From positions 26,094-90,093 of the forward strand of contig CAZAXH010000005.1 of the NCBI GenBank assembly GCA_964489065.1: a stretch of DNA of 64,000 nucleotides. The letters are read 5' to 3'. Every line of letters starts with the position of its first letter. Position 1 is the stretch's first letter. Both the position numbers and the translations under genes were made by a program. The notes beneath the pieces were generated by a model, which was given only the letters and a program-made list of their open reading frames with translations, was not told the DNA's origin and did not search any database. Below are positions 28,875 to 37,849 of this stretch, in pieces. This DNA is from an uncultured Planctomycetales bacterium. GTDB taxonomy: Bacteria; Omnitrophota; Gorgyraeia; Zapsychrales; JANLHA01.

Positions 28875-29046
28875 AATATGTCCTTCTGGCGGATGGATGA
28901 TGCGCTGGCCGGTTTCCGCTCAGGCTGTTTTTTTTGCCGCATAGATTTTTTATTCCCAGGATGGTACTGCTATCTTGGCACAGGTTGCCGCGGTTTAAAA
29001 GGCTTTTTTGGTGTAAATCCAGCCCGGGTGTCCCGGCAAGGGCTGA

Positions 29047-29220
29047 TTTTATTCAATGAGCATTTAATTTACACGACCGAAGGGAGTGTAAATGAGAGAT
29101 GCGAATTGATCCTTCAGCGAGAGAGTAAAAGCGAACGAGCCGAAGGATGGGGGTTGAATCTCTTTGGGTAAATTCCCCGCAGCTTGCTGCAGTTCATTGA
29201 GCCCGGAGCTTGCTCCGGGG
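29047..29220 (+). repeat. Structured intergenic repeat element, copy B (single unit plus two 3' hairpins with AGCTTGCT loops)
   Basis: Near-identical to 10146-10257 plus the 3' hairpin portion of copy A. The hairpin stems differ between copies while the loop AGCTTGCT is conserved (cccgg-AGCTTGCT-ccggg here; cccccg-c-AGCTTGCT-a-cggggg in A). Confidence 0.7.
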
Positions 29221-29393
29221 TTTATACCTTTTATTATGTCTTTGACCGGATGTCCTTTTATAGGGGGCAGGACGGCTTGGGGGGTGTTTCTGCGGTTTTC
29301 TTAATATGTTTTGATCAGGGATGACTTGGATTTTGGCCTTTTTCCCCGGGTGTGCGCCCGAAAACCGGCTGAAAGCCTTTATAAAATAATATG

Positions 29394-29422
29394 TTGAAAA
29401 AAAAAAGATTGTTAGGTATACT
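29394..29422 (+). promoter_or_regulatory. Candidate sigma70 promoter of the rpsB-tsf-pyrH-frr operon (TTGAAA-17-TATACT)
   Basis: ttgaaa at 29394-29399, a 17-nt spacer, then tatact at 29417-29422. The roughly 210-nt leader downstream contains three stable hairpins (see the next feature). Confidence 0.5.
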
Positions 29423-29635
29423 AGGGAAACTATTTTTTGGCCGGAATAACTTTGGGAAAGAAGGGAGAAGAGTTATTCCAGATGGCCAGGAGTCCGGGAA
29501 GGGCCCGGGCCGATACAGCGGCGGGGCGGTTCGGCATCCGCTGTATTGTCAATAACGATAACTTCACTTATGCTCGCTTGATAAAGGGAAGTCCTTTATG
29601 TTTCCCATAAGTGATCAAAGCACGAGGAGGAAAAG
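29423..29635 (+). promoter_or_regulatory. Structured 5' leader of rpsB (possible r-protein autoregulatory element)
   Basis: Inverted repeats ggaataactt/aagagttattcc (29443-29479), atacagcgg/ccgctgtat (29504-29536) and cacttatg/cataagtg lie just upstream of the RBS GAGGAGG and the ATG at 29636. Confidence 0.3.
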
Positions 29636-30478
29636 ATGCCAGATGAAGTTTTGAGAACCTTGTTGGAATGCGGTGTCCATTTTGGACACCAAACCCGCCG
29701 GTGGAATCCCAAAATGAAAAGGTTTATTTTCGGGGAAAGAAGTGGGATTTACATCATTGATTTAGAGAAGACAAAAGAGCAGCTTGCTATTGCCCAGGAC
29801 TTTGTGCATTCTGTCGCGGCTAAGGGCGGGTCTGTGCTCTTTGTGGGGACGAAGAAACAGGCTAAGGATGTGCTTGGACAAATTGCCCAGAAAGCCGGGA
29901 TGCCTTATATTAATAACCGCTGGATGGGCGGTTTGTTGACGAATTTTGAAACAGTCCGCAAGTCTTTGGAAAAGCTGTGTAAGATCGAGAAAATGGAAGA
30001 GGACGGGATGATGGAAAACTTAAAGAAGAAGGAAATTTCCCGTCTTAATAAAGAGAAGGGGAAGCTGTTGCGGGACTTAGGCGGTATCCGTGAAATGCAT
30101 CAGTTGCCGCAGGCGATTTTTGTGGTGGATTCCAAGAGGGAAGAGATCTCGATTCGGGAAGCTAACCGGCTTCGTATCCCGGTTGTGGCTTTGATCGACA
30201 CAAACAGTGATCCGGATTTTATTGATTTCCCTATCCCTGGAAACGATGATGCGTTAAAATCAATCCGGTATATCGCCACGATGATTGCGGATGCCATTAT
30301 CGCGGGACAGAAGGAATACGCGGAAGCCAGGGAAGTGCAGAAAAAGATTGATATCACTGCGGAAGAGCCCCAGGAAGCGCCGGCAAGTCCAGAAGAAGTG
30401 CCGGCTGTTTCTGATGATTTAATGAATATCGTTGAAGAAGGCGATGAAGAGGACGAGGATGAACAAGGTTTGGGATAA
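29636..30478 (+). CDS. rpsB: 30S ribosomal protein S2
   Basis: LLECGVHFGHQTRRWNPKMKRFIFGERSGIYIIDLEKT is canonical S2. There is an acidic C-terminal tail. Confidence 0.95.
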   Translation: MPDEVLRTLLECGVHFGHQTRRWNPKMKRFIFGERSGIYIIDLEKTKEQLAIAQDFVHSVAAKGGSVLFVGTKKQAKDVLGQIAQKAGMPYINNRWMGGLLTNFETVRKSLEKLCKIEKMEEDGMMENLKKKEISRLNKEKGKLLRDLGGIREMHQLPQAIFVVDSKREEISIREANRLRIPVVALIDTNSDPDFIDFPIPGNDDALKSIRYIATMIADAIIAGQKEYAEAREVQKKIDITAEEPQEAPASPEEVPAVSDDLMNIVEEGDEEDEDEQGLG

Positions 30479-30537
30479 TCGCCGGTCTTTTGGTTTTGTT
30501 GAAGAAAAAGAATTTCGCTTGAAAGGAGATTGATATT

Positions 30538-31068
30538 ATGGGGGCTTCATTAGAAGACATCCGGGAATTAAGGGAAATGACGTCTTGCGGTGTGATTGAT
30601 TGTAAGAAAGCTCTGGAAGAAGCCAAGGGAGACATGAAGAAAGCCCAGGAGTTGCTTCAGAAGCGCGGGCTGGAAATTGCGGCCAAGAAAAGCAGCCGTG
30701 CCGCGTTAAATGGACGGGTTGAATCGTATGTGCATATGGGCAATAAAATCGCTGTTTTGGTTCAGGTCAACTGTGAAACGGATTTCGTGGCCAAGAATGC
30801 GGATTTTTGTCAGTTTTCCAAAGACCTCGCGATGCATATCGCCGCCATGAATCCGGCTTATATCCGTGAGCAGGATATCCCTCCCGAAGTATTGGCGCAA
30901 GTGAAAGATCAGAAGGTTTATATTAAGGAAAAGTGTTTATTAAGCCAGCCTTTTGTCAAAGATCCCGGCAAGACGATTCAGGATTGCCTGTCTGCCCTGG
31001 TCGCCAAGATCGGAGAAAATATTGTTATCGGCCGGTTTACCCGGTATGAGGTGGGGGACGTTGCCTAA
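30538..31068 (+). CDS. tsf: Elongation factor Ts (short form, 176 aa)
   Basis: [33 protein letters not shown] (UBA-like N-terminus) and [11 protein letters not shown] are present. It follows rpsB. Confidence 0.85.
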   Translation: MGASLEDIRELREMTSCGVIDCKKALEEAKGDMKKAQELLQKRGLEIAAKKSSRAALNGRVESYVHMGNKIAVLVQVNCETDFVAKNADFCQFSKDLAMHIAAMNPAYIREQDIPPEVLAQVKDQKVYIKEKCLLSQPFVKDPGKTIQDCLSALVAKIGENIVIGRFTRYEVGDVA

Positions 31069-31783
31069 GACAAAGACGGTGTATAATCGCATTTTGCTGA
31101 AGCTCAGCGGGGAAGCCATGATGGGCACGCAGGAGCACGGCATAGACGCCGAGATGTGCGCTTCATTGGCGGGGCAGATCAAAGAAGTCTGCGGGCTGGG
31201 GGTTTCTGTGGCGCTGGTGGTGGGCGGCGGCAATATTTTCCGGGGACAGGTCGCCTCCAAGCGGTTTGGTTTGGATCGGTCTGTCGCTGATTACATGGGG
31301 ATGCTGGCCACGGTGCTTAACGGGCTTGCTTTGCAGAACGCTTTGGAGAAAGTCGGGGTCCCCTCCAGAGTCATGTCAGCGATCGCCATGCAGGCGGTTG
31401 CGGAGCCGTACATTCGCAGGCGGGCGTTACGGCATTTGGAAAAAGGGCGGGTGGTCATTTTTGTCGCGGGTACCGGGAATCCGTACTTTACCACGGATAC
31501 GGCCGCGGCCTTAAGAGCTGCGGAAATGGACGCTGACGTTATTATGAAGGCGACGAAAGTGGATGGTGTCTACTCGGCTGATCCTAAAAAGGAGCCCAAT
31601 GCGAGACGATTTACATCCCTGAAGTTTATTGAAGTCTTAAAGAAGAACTTGAAGGTTATGGACGCCACGGCGATCAGTATGTGTATGGATAATAACCTCC
31701 CCATTATAGTTTTCGACTTGACGAAAACCGGAAATATTAAAAAAGTGGTATTGGGTGAAAAAATCGGAACTATTGTTAAATAG
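31061..31783 (+). CDS. pyrH: UMP kinase
   Basis: [15 protein letters not shown] and [10 protein letters not shown] motifs are present. The probable TTG start at 31061 overlaps the tsf stop and has GAGGTGGGGG upstream. The ATG in the track (30953) lies far inside tsf. Confidence 0.85.
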   Translation: MPKTKTVYNRILLKLSGEAMMGTQEHGIDAEMCASLAGQIKEVCGLGVSVALVVGGGNIFRGQVASKRFGLDRSVADYMGMLATVLNGLALQNALEKVGVPSRVMSAIAMQAVAEPYIRRRALRHLEKGRVVIFVAGTGNPYFTTDTAAALRAAEMDADVIMKATKVDGVYSADPKKEPNARRFTSLKFIEVLKKNLKVMDATAISMCMDNNLPIIVFDLTKTGNIKKVVLGEKIGTIVK

Positions 31784-31796
31784 CGAGGGATGACCT

Positions 31797-32360
31797 ATGA
31801 ACATGAAGGAAATCCATAAAGAAACCGAATCAAGAATGAGGAAAGCCGTTGAATCGGTGGGGCGCGAGTTTTCCGAAGTCCGTACCGGACGGGCCCACCC
31901 GGGGCTCATTGAAGGGCTGCATGTCAATTACTACGGGACGATGACGTTATTAAAACAAATGGCTTCTATTTCAGTCCCTGATCCCAAGACCGTGGTGATC
32001 CAGCCTTGGGACCCCAGCGCTGTCGTTGAAATTGAAAAGGCGATTATGAATTCAAAGCTGGGGGTTATGCCGCAGAATGACGGGAAAGTGGTTCGTTTGA
32101 ATATCCCACCCCTTTCTACGGAACGGCGGGAGGAGCTGAAGAAGGTTGTGAAGGATATGGCGGAACACGGCCGTGTTTCTCTGCGCACCATCCGCCGGGA
32201 AGCCAATGAAAAGATTAAAAAATTCGAGCATGAACATGTGATCGCCGAAGACGAGTCTTTCCGCGGTCAGGAAGATATTCAAAAGCTGACTGATAAATTT
32301 ATTAAAGAGATTGATGGTATTCTTGCGGGGAAAAGCAAGGAATTGGAAGATTTTAGCTGA
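31797..32360 (+). CDS. frr: Ribosome recycling factor
   Basis: 187 aa, with ...RTGRAHPGLIEGLHVNYYG... and the characteristic charged C-terminal helix. Completes the rpsB-tsf-pyrH-frr order. Confidence 0.9.
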   Translation: MNMKEIHKETESRMRKAVESVGREFSEVRTGRAHPGLIEGLHVNYYGTMTLLKQMASISVPDPKTVVIQPWDPSAVVEIEKAIMNSKLGVMPQNDGKVVRLNIPPLSTERREELKKVVKDMAEHGRVSLRTIRREANEKIKKFEHEHVIAEDESFRGQEDIQKLTDKFIKEIDGILAGKSKELEDFS

Positions 32361-32407
32361 TCCCGGATTATAAATTCAGGGTGTTCTTTCTTAACAGGTG
32401 TGTTTAT

Positions 32408-32480
32408 GACCCACTAGCTCATGTGGTAGAGCACAGCCCTTTTAAGGCTGGTGTGCCGCGTTCGAGTCGCGGGTGGGTCA
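32408..32480 (+). tRNA. tRNA-Lys (anticodon UUU)
   Basis: Manual fold: acceptor GACCCAC/GTGGGTC, D-arm GCTC...GAGC, anticodon stem CAGCC/GGCTG with loop CTTTTAA, T-arm CCGCG-TTCGAGT-CGCGG. Total 73 nt, no encoded CCA. Confidence 0.8.
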
Positions 32481-32715
32481 CTGATTTTTTCCAGTCACGA
32501 AGATGTCCTTTAGATGAAATTTTACGCATGACCTTGCCAGTGCCTGATCTTTTTCAGGCCCGGTCCCCGGCTCCCACGATATGATCGGAATCCTGCGAAG
32601 AGAGTGAGGCTTAGGTGTCCTTGCAGGAAAACATTATGTCGGGATAAACGTGTGGAATTTTTGCGCGGGATCGCGTTTTGGATTTAAAATAAAGCGGGAA
32701 GATAGATCATCTAAA

Positions 32716-32797
32716 GGGCGGATGGCGGAATTGGTAGACGCGCATGCCTTAGGAGCATGTGAGGAAACTCGTGGAGGTTCAAGTCCTCTTCCGCCCA
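32716..32797 (+). tRNA. tRNA-Leu (anticodon UAG), long variable arm
   Basis: Acceptor GGGCGGA/TCCGCCC, anticodon stem CATGC/GCATG with loop CTTAGGA, an extra arm, and T-loop GGTTCAAGTCC. The boundaries are approximate (±2 nt). Confidence 0.7.
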
Positions 32798-32949
32798 TGG
32801 TTTTCATGGCGCGGGGAGGTTGCAACCGCGGTCGGTTTCTCATTTGATGAAAATGAGGCGTTATTGCCGGGTAAGATTTATTTTTCCTTGAATTCTTGAA
32901 GAAATATAAATCTTGGGTTATAATTCAAAACAATAATACTTTATTCTTT

Positions 32950-33023
32950 GCGGCGGTAATTCAGTTGGCTAGAATGCCACCTTGCCAAGGTGGATGTCGT
33001 GGGTTCAAATCCCATCCGCCGCT
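32950..33023 (+). tRNA. tRNA-Gly (anticodon GCC)
   Basis: Acceptor GCGGCGG/CCGCCGC with U73 discriminator, anticodon stem CCACC/GGTGG with loop TTGCCAA, T-loop GGGTTCAAATCCCAT. Followed by a T-run. Confidence 0.8.
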
Positions 33024-33123
33024 CTTTTTTTGTTTGAAGCGGAAGCTAAATAAGTTAACCGTGTTGGCGGCAAAGAGGTTTGGGGATTTTTCATAATGCT
33101 TGGCCGTACGAAGGAGTCCTTAG

Positions 33124-33594
33124 ATGAGAATCAATGAGTTTTTATGTAAAGACGCTGTTTGCTCTGATTTAAAATCACAAACAAAAAAGGAAGTCATAGG
33201 TGAACTTGTTGACCTTTTAGTGAAAGCAGATGCTGTTGAAAAGAAGATCAAATCAAAACTAATTGAAATTCTCCTGGCCCGGGAAGCGCTTGGCTCTACG
33301 GCGATCGGGCAGGGTATCGCGATCCCCCACGGAAAATGTGAGAACGTTACGCAATTAACGGCCGCGTTGGGAATTAGCAGGAGCGGGATAAATTTTGATT
33401 CCCTGGATGGAGAACCGGCGTATATTTTTTTCCTCTTGGTCGCTCCGATTGATTCGGCTGGCCCTCACTTGAAAGCTTTGGCGAAGATCTCCCGGTTGCT
33501 TAAAGACAAGTATTTCCGGGAAAATTTGAAAAGCGCCAAAGATGAAAAATCTATTCTGAAACTCATAGATATTGAAGATAACCAGATGATATAA
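33124..33594 (+). CDS. ptsN: PTS EIIA, fructose/nitrogen-regulatory type (PtsN-like)
   Basis: LGSTAIGQGIAIPHGKC contains the phosphorylatable His of EIIA(Ntr/Fru). Confidence 0.8.
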   Translation: MRINEFLCKDAVCSDLKSQTKKEVIGELVDLLVKADAVEKKIKSKLIEILLAREALGSTAIGQGIAIPHGKCENVTQLTAALGISRSGINFDSLDGEPAYIFFLLVAPIDSAGPHLKALAKISRLLKDKYFRENLKSAKDEKSILKLIDIEDNQMI

Positions 33595-33607
33595 TCTTTT
33601 TCTCCCT

Positions 33608-34846
33608 ATGCCGAATAATTTGATTAAATGGCTTTATCCCGGCATGAAGATCAAGAGGTGGTTCTTTACTTCTGTCCTGGGCGTGGGGGTTGTGGCCGGC
33701 GGGGCCATCGCGTTTGCCTCAAACTTTGTCCTTGTCAGAATTTTCGGCGTTGTGATTATCCTTTGCGGGATTATCCTGATCGTCATGGGCATAGGGAAGA
33801 TGATTGTTTCTTTGATAACGCTGTTTATCCCGAAAGGCGAGAGGGAGCTTGTCAATATCCTTTACCGGAAGCGTTTCCTGGACCGCGGCCCGAAGATCGT
33901 GGCTATCGGCGGGGGGCACGGCCTTTCGCATTTAATTCTCGGATTAAAAGAATACACGTCTAATATCACGGCCATTGTAACGGTGGCTGACAGCGGGGGG
34001 TCTTCCGGGCGGCTTCGGGAGGAATTCAATATTGTCGCCCCGGGGGATATCCGGAATTGCCTGGTCGCTTTAGCGGACGCGCCGGCTTTAATGGGTGAGC
34101 TTTTTCAGTTTCGTTTCCCTAAGGATTCCCAGTTGCAGGGGCATAATTTCGGAAATTTGTTTTTGACGGCGATGGTCCAGGTAACCGGCGATTTTGAAAA
34201 GGCGGTCAAGGAATCCAGCAAAGTTTTGGCGATCCGGGGAAAAGTGATTCCTTCCACGGTGCATAATATCCATCTTGTCGCCGAGTATGAAGATTCTTCC
34301 ATAACGGAAGGGGAGGCGAAAATTCCGCGGAAAGGCGTCAAGATACGGCGTGTTTTCTTGAAACCGCAGGATGCCACGCCAACGGCTGAAGCCCTGGAGG
34401 CGATTCGTGAGGCCGAAATCATTGTGCTGGGGCCGGGGAGTTTGTACACAAGCGTTATTCCTAATCTGCTGATTAAGGAACTGACGAATGCGGTGGTGGG
34501 ATCCAGTGCTTATAAAATTTATGTGTGTAATGTTATGACCCAACAGGGGGAATCGGAAGGGTATACGGCCGCTGACCACGTTGAGGCGATTATTCAACAT
34601 TCGCACAAAAAAGTTATTGATGCCTGCCTGGTGAATTCTGAAGAAGTCCCCTTGGAAGCGCAGGGCCGGTATAAATCCGAAAATTCATTTCCTGTGTCTC
34701 CGGAGGTGGAGCGGATTCGGAATATGGGCATTGAAGTCGTGGCCACAGATTTGCTGAGTATAACGGATTATGTTCGGCATGATTCAACGAAGTTGACGAA
34801 GGCCTTGATTAAGTTGATTGAAAAACACCGTATTCTCAAGCGGTAG
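33608..34846 (+). CDS. YvcK-like gluconeogenesis factor/UPF0052 (CofD-like) protein with N-terminal transmembrane extension
   Basis: The KIVAIGGGHGLSHLILGLKEY...VTVADSGGSSGRLR core is preceded by two hydrophobic helices (VLGVGVVAGGAIAFASNFVLV; VVIILCGIILIVMGIG). Confidence 0.8.
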   Translation: MPNNLIKWLYPGMKIKRWFFTSVLGVGVVAGGAIAFASNFVLVRIFGVVIILCGIILIVMGIGKMIVSLITLFIPKGERELVNILYRKRFLDRGPKIVAIGGGHGLSHLILGLKEYTSNITAIVTVADSGGSSGRLREEFNIVAPGDIRNCLVALADAPALMGELFQFRFPKDSQLQGHNFGNLFLTAMVQVTGDFEKAVKESSKVLAIRGKVIPSTVHNIHLVAEYEDSSITEGEAKIPRKGVKIRRVFLKPQDATPTAEALEAIREAEIIVLGPGSLYTSVIPNLLIKELTNAVVGSSAYKIYVCNVMTQQGESEGYTAADHVEAIIQHSHKKVIDACLVNSEEVPLEAQGRYKSENSFPVSPEVERIRNMGIEVVATDLLSITDYVRHDSTKLTKALIKLIEKHRILKR

Positions 34847-34904
34847 ACGGGGAACTGTTGCCGAAGGCCCTTTGGGCAGATGGGAAAACGGGAGTGTCTT
34901 GTCT

Positions 34905-35168
34905 ATGCCAAGAATTGAAAAAGAGCTTACGGTTTTAAATGAGCAGGGACTGCATGCGCGGCCGGCCGCTTTTTTCGTCCAGATCGCCGCGAAATTTGAT
35001 GCGTCCGTGACAGTCAGCAAAGACGGAGAAAGCGTGAACGGGAAGTCTATTATGGGTATCCTTATGCTCGGCGCGGAGAAGAACAGCAAACTTTTTGTCT
35101 GCGCCGATGGAAATGACGCCGAAAAACTTATGCAGGAATTAGAGGAGTTTCTGTCTAGAAATGAGTGA
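34905..35168 (+). CDS. ptsH: Phosphocarrier protein HPr
   Basis: GLHARPAAFFV contains the active His. Ser46 is also present in GKSIMGILMLG. The track ORF starts upstream at 34818, inside yvcK. Confidence 0.85.
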   Translation: MPRIEKELTVLNEQGLHARPAAFFVQIAAKFDASVTVSKDGESVNGKSIMGILMLGAEKNSKLFVCADGNDAEKLMQELEEFLSRNE

Positions 35169-36924
35169 GATCGTCTTAAAAGGGATTCCGGCTGCGCCGG
35201 GAATCGCGATTGGTCCGGCTTATATTGTCGACAAGCAGGATTTTATCGTGCCTCCCCGCGCCATCATGGATAAAGAAGTCCCTATTGAAATTGCCCGTTT
35301 TGAAGAAGCGCTGATCAAGACGCGGGAAGAAATTTCCGAACTCAAAAAGAAAATCAGCAACGAAATGAACGGCCAGCACGGCCAGATTTTCGACGCTCAC
35401 CTGCTGGTCCTGGAAGACCGCATGCTGATAGAAGAGGTAGTTAAGAGGATTAAAAAGGAGAAGCAGTCGGCGGAATATTCGTTTATGGTGGTCTTAAAGA
35501 AGTATAGTAAAATTTTTTCCAGCATCCAGGACGAATATTTGCGGGAAAGAAGCAGCGATGTGAACGATATCGGGCGAAGGCTTCTTAAAAATCTTACCGA
35601 TGAACAAAAGCTGCATGACCTGGATCATATTGACGAAGAGATGGTTATTATCGCCCATGATCTGTCTCCATCGGACACGGTGACGATGTTCAATAAAAAT
35701 GTTTTGGCTTTTGCGACGGATATCGGAGGGCGAACCTCCCACACCGCGATTATGGCCAAGTCTCTGGGGGTGCCGGCGGTCGTGGGCCTGAAGGACGCGA
35801 CCCTGCGTATCAGCAATCAGGATTTCCTTATCGTGGACGGCCGTATGGGCCTGGTGATCGTGCATCCCACCGAGAAGACTATCGATATTTATAACGCTGA
35901 AAAGAAGCGTATTTCAGCGTTGAGCCACCGTTTTGATGATATTATTGACCTGCCGTCCAAGACCTCTGATGGAAGCCACGTGCCGATTATGGCTAATCTG
36001 GAACTCCCGGAAGAAATCCCGATGATTCAGCAGGCGGGGGCCCATGGGATCGGCTTGTACCGGACGGAGTATTTTTTTATGAACCGGGTTGATCTTCCAT
36101 CGGAAGAGGAACAGTTCGCCGCTTACAAAAAGGTGGCCGAGCAGATGGCGCCCTTGCCGGTGACGATCCGGACCCTGGACTTGGGAGGCGACAAGTTTAT
36201 TTCCAGCGTGCAGATACCCCGGGACATGTCTCCGTTCTTGGGTTGGCGGGCGATTAAATTTTGTCTGGCCCGTCCAGATATTTTTAAATCCCAGCTGCGG
36301 GCGGTGCTCCGGGCTTCGGTTTTCGGCAAGGTCCGGCTTATGTACCCGATGATTTCCGGCCCGAATGAAATGCGGCAGGCCAATGCCATTCTGAATGAAG
36401 TGAAAACCAACCTCCGGGAAGAAGGCATCGCCTTTGACGAAAATCTGGAGGTCGGGGCTATGGTCGAAGTTCCATCGGCCGCGCTGACCGCAGACTTGCT
36501 GGCCAAGGAAGTGCGGTTTTTCAGCATTGGGACGAATGACTTGATTCAATATACCCTGGCGGTGGACCGGAGGAACGAGCAGCTGGCCAATTTTTACGAG
36601 CCGTGCCATCCGGGGATTCTGCGTCTTATTAAAATGGTCGTTGATGCCGCTCACCGGGAGAATATTCCCGTCGGTGTTTGCGGAGAAATGTCTTCCGAGC
36701 CGGTGCAGGCTTTTTTGCTGATCGGGTTGGGGGTGGATGAACTGAGCATGTCTCCTTTAAATATCCTGCAGATCAAGAAATTGATCCGTAGCATTAATCG
36801 CAAAGACGCGCAGGAACTGGCGGAGAGGGCGTTGAACCTTTCTACAGGGCAGGAAGTCGAGGAATTGAGCAAAGCCCGTTTGCAGGAATTAGTCCCGCAG
36901 ATCTATACCGCGGATAAATCTTAA
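35161..36924 (+). CDS. ptsI: Phosphoenolpyruvate-protein phosphotransferase (Enzyme I)
   Basis: GGRTSHTAIMAKSLGVPAVVG contains the phospho-His. The PEP-utilising C-terminal domain ends ...CGEMSSEP. It overlaps the HPr stop. Confidence 0.9.
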   Translation: MSEIVLKGIPAAPGIAIGPAYIVDKQDFIVPPRAIMDKEVPIEIARFEEALIKTREEISELKKKISNEMNGQHGQIFDAHLLVLEDRMLIEEVVKRIKKEKQSAEYSFMVVLKKYSKIFSSIQDEYLRERSSDVNDIGRRLLKNLTDEQKLHDLDHIDEEMVIIAHDLSPSDTVTMFNKNVLAFATDIGGRTSHTAIMAKSLGVPAVVGLKDATLRISNQDFLIVDGRMGLVIVHPTEKTIDIYNAEKKRISALSHRFDDIIDLPSKTSDGSHVPIMANLELPEEIPMIQQAGAHGIGLYRTEYFFMNRVDLPSEEEQFAAYKKVAEQMAPLPVTIRTLDLGGDKFISSVQIPRDMSPFLGWRAIKFCLARPDIFKSQLRAVLRASVFGKVRLMYPMISGPNEMRQANAILNEVKTNLREEGIAFDENLEVGAMVEVPSAALTADLLAKEVRFFSIGTNDLIQYTLAVDRRNEQLANFYEPCHPGILRLIKMVVDAAHRENIPVGVCGEMSSEPVQAFLLIGLGVDELSMSPLNILQIKKLIRSINRKDAQELAERALNLSTGQEVEELSKARLQELVPQIYTADKS

Positions 36925-37000
36925 TTGTTTTTCCGGATATCCGGTCGTCTGGCCCGCCCGGGGGACGGAATTTGGTTTTAACGTAACGGAAGAAACGCGC

Positions 37001-37741
37001 ATGAGAGTTTTAATATTAGCGGCAGGTTACGGCACCAGACTGTATCCCGTCATTAAGGATACGGCGAAATCCCTGCTTCCGGTCGCTTCCCGGCCGATCA
37101 TCGATTATCTTCTGGAAAAAATTCAACCTCTGCCGGATCTTCGGGAACTCGTTGTTGTGACGAATGAAAAATTCCATTCGGATTTCCTGGACTGGGCCGG
37201 GCTTCATAAGGACTTCCCGGTGCCCATCATTGTGATGAATGACGGGACGACGTCTCCGGATGACCGGTTGGGCGCGGTGGGGGATATCCTGTTCGTTTTG
37301 AAGAATTCCCGGGACAAGGATGATCTTTTTGTCCTGGGAGGGGACAATCTTTTTGATTATTCCCTGGGGGAGTTTATCCGTTTTGCCAAGGGGAAGGCCC
37401 CGCACGCGTCTATCGGCCTTTATGATATCGGGGATATCAAAGCGGCCAGCAAGTTCGGCGTGGTGCAGATGAACGCTCAAAGCCGTATCGAGTTTTTTGA
37501 AGAGAAACCTCCCCGTCCGCGGTCAACGCTGATTGCCATGTGTTCTTATTTTTTCCCGGTGCAATCGCAGTCTTTGATGTTTGATTACGTCGCCAAGTCC
37601 AATAAAACGGATAAGTCGGGAGACTACATCCACTGGCTCACCGAGACGGACGAGGTTTTTGGTTTTAAATTCGAGGGGGAATGGTATGATATCGGTAGTA
37701 TAGAAACGTATCGGAGTGCGCAGGAGAGGTTTAAGGTTTAA
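37001..37741 (+). CDS. Sugar-phosphate nucleotidyltransferase (NTP_transferase family)
   Basis: MRVLILAAGYGTRLYP carries the G-x-G-T-R nucleotide-binding signature of glucose-1-P thymidylyl/uridylyltransferase-like enzymes. Confidence 0.6.
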   Translation: MRVLILAAGYGTRLYPVIKDTAKSLLPVASRPIIDYLLEKIQPLPDLRELVVVTNEKFHSDFLDWAGLHKDFPVPIIVMNDGTTSPDDRLGAVGDILFVLKNSRDKDDLFVLGGDNLFDYSLGEFIRFAKGKAPHASIGLYDIGDIKAASKFGVVQMNAQSRIEFFEEKPPRPRSTLIAMCSYFFPVQSQSLMFDYVAKSNKTDKSGDYIHWLTETDEVFGFKFEGEWYDIGSIETYRSAQERFKV

Positions 37742-37849
37742 TAAAGATCGCAAGACAGTAGACAAAAGAAAAAGAACGTGCCGGCCGATTTCAGGCGGGT
37801 TTCGGGCTGCTGTGTTTGTGAGACACATTCAAGAAAGGAAGGGTAAAAG

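Noticed and set aside
28960-29000. Sigma54-like TGGCAC...TTGC motif (ttggcacaggttgccg)
   Set aside because: The GG-to-GC spacing is 8 nt instead of the required 10, and no EBP/sigma54-dependent gene is positioned downstream.
37742-37849. Possible SAM riboswitch upstream of metK
   Set aside because: The 108-nt leader lacks the conserved SAM-I, SAM-II and SAM-V sequence cores I can recall, and no convincing pseudoknot pairing is evident. It is probably just a short UTR.
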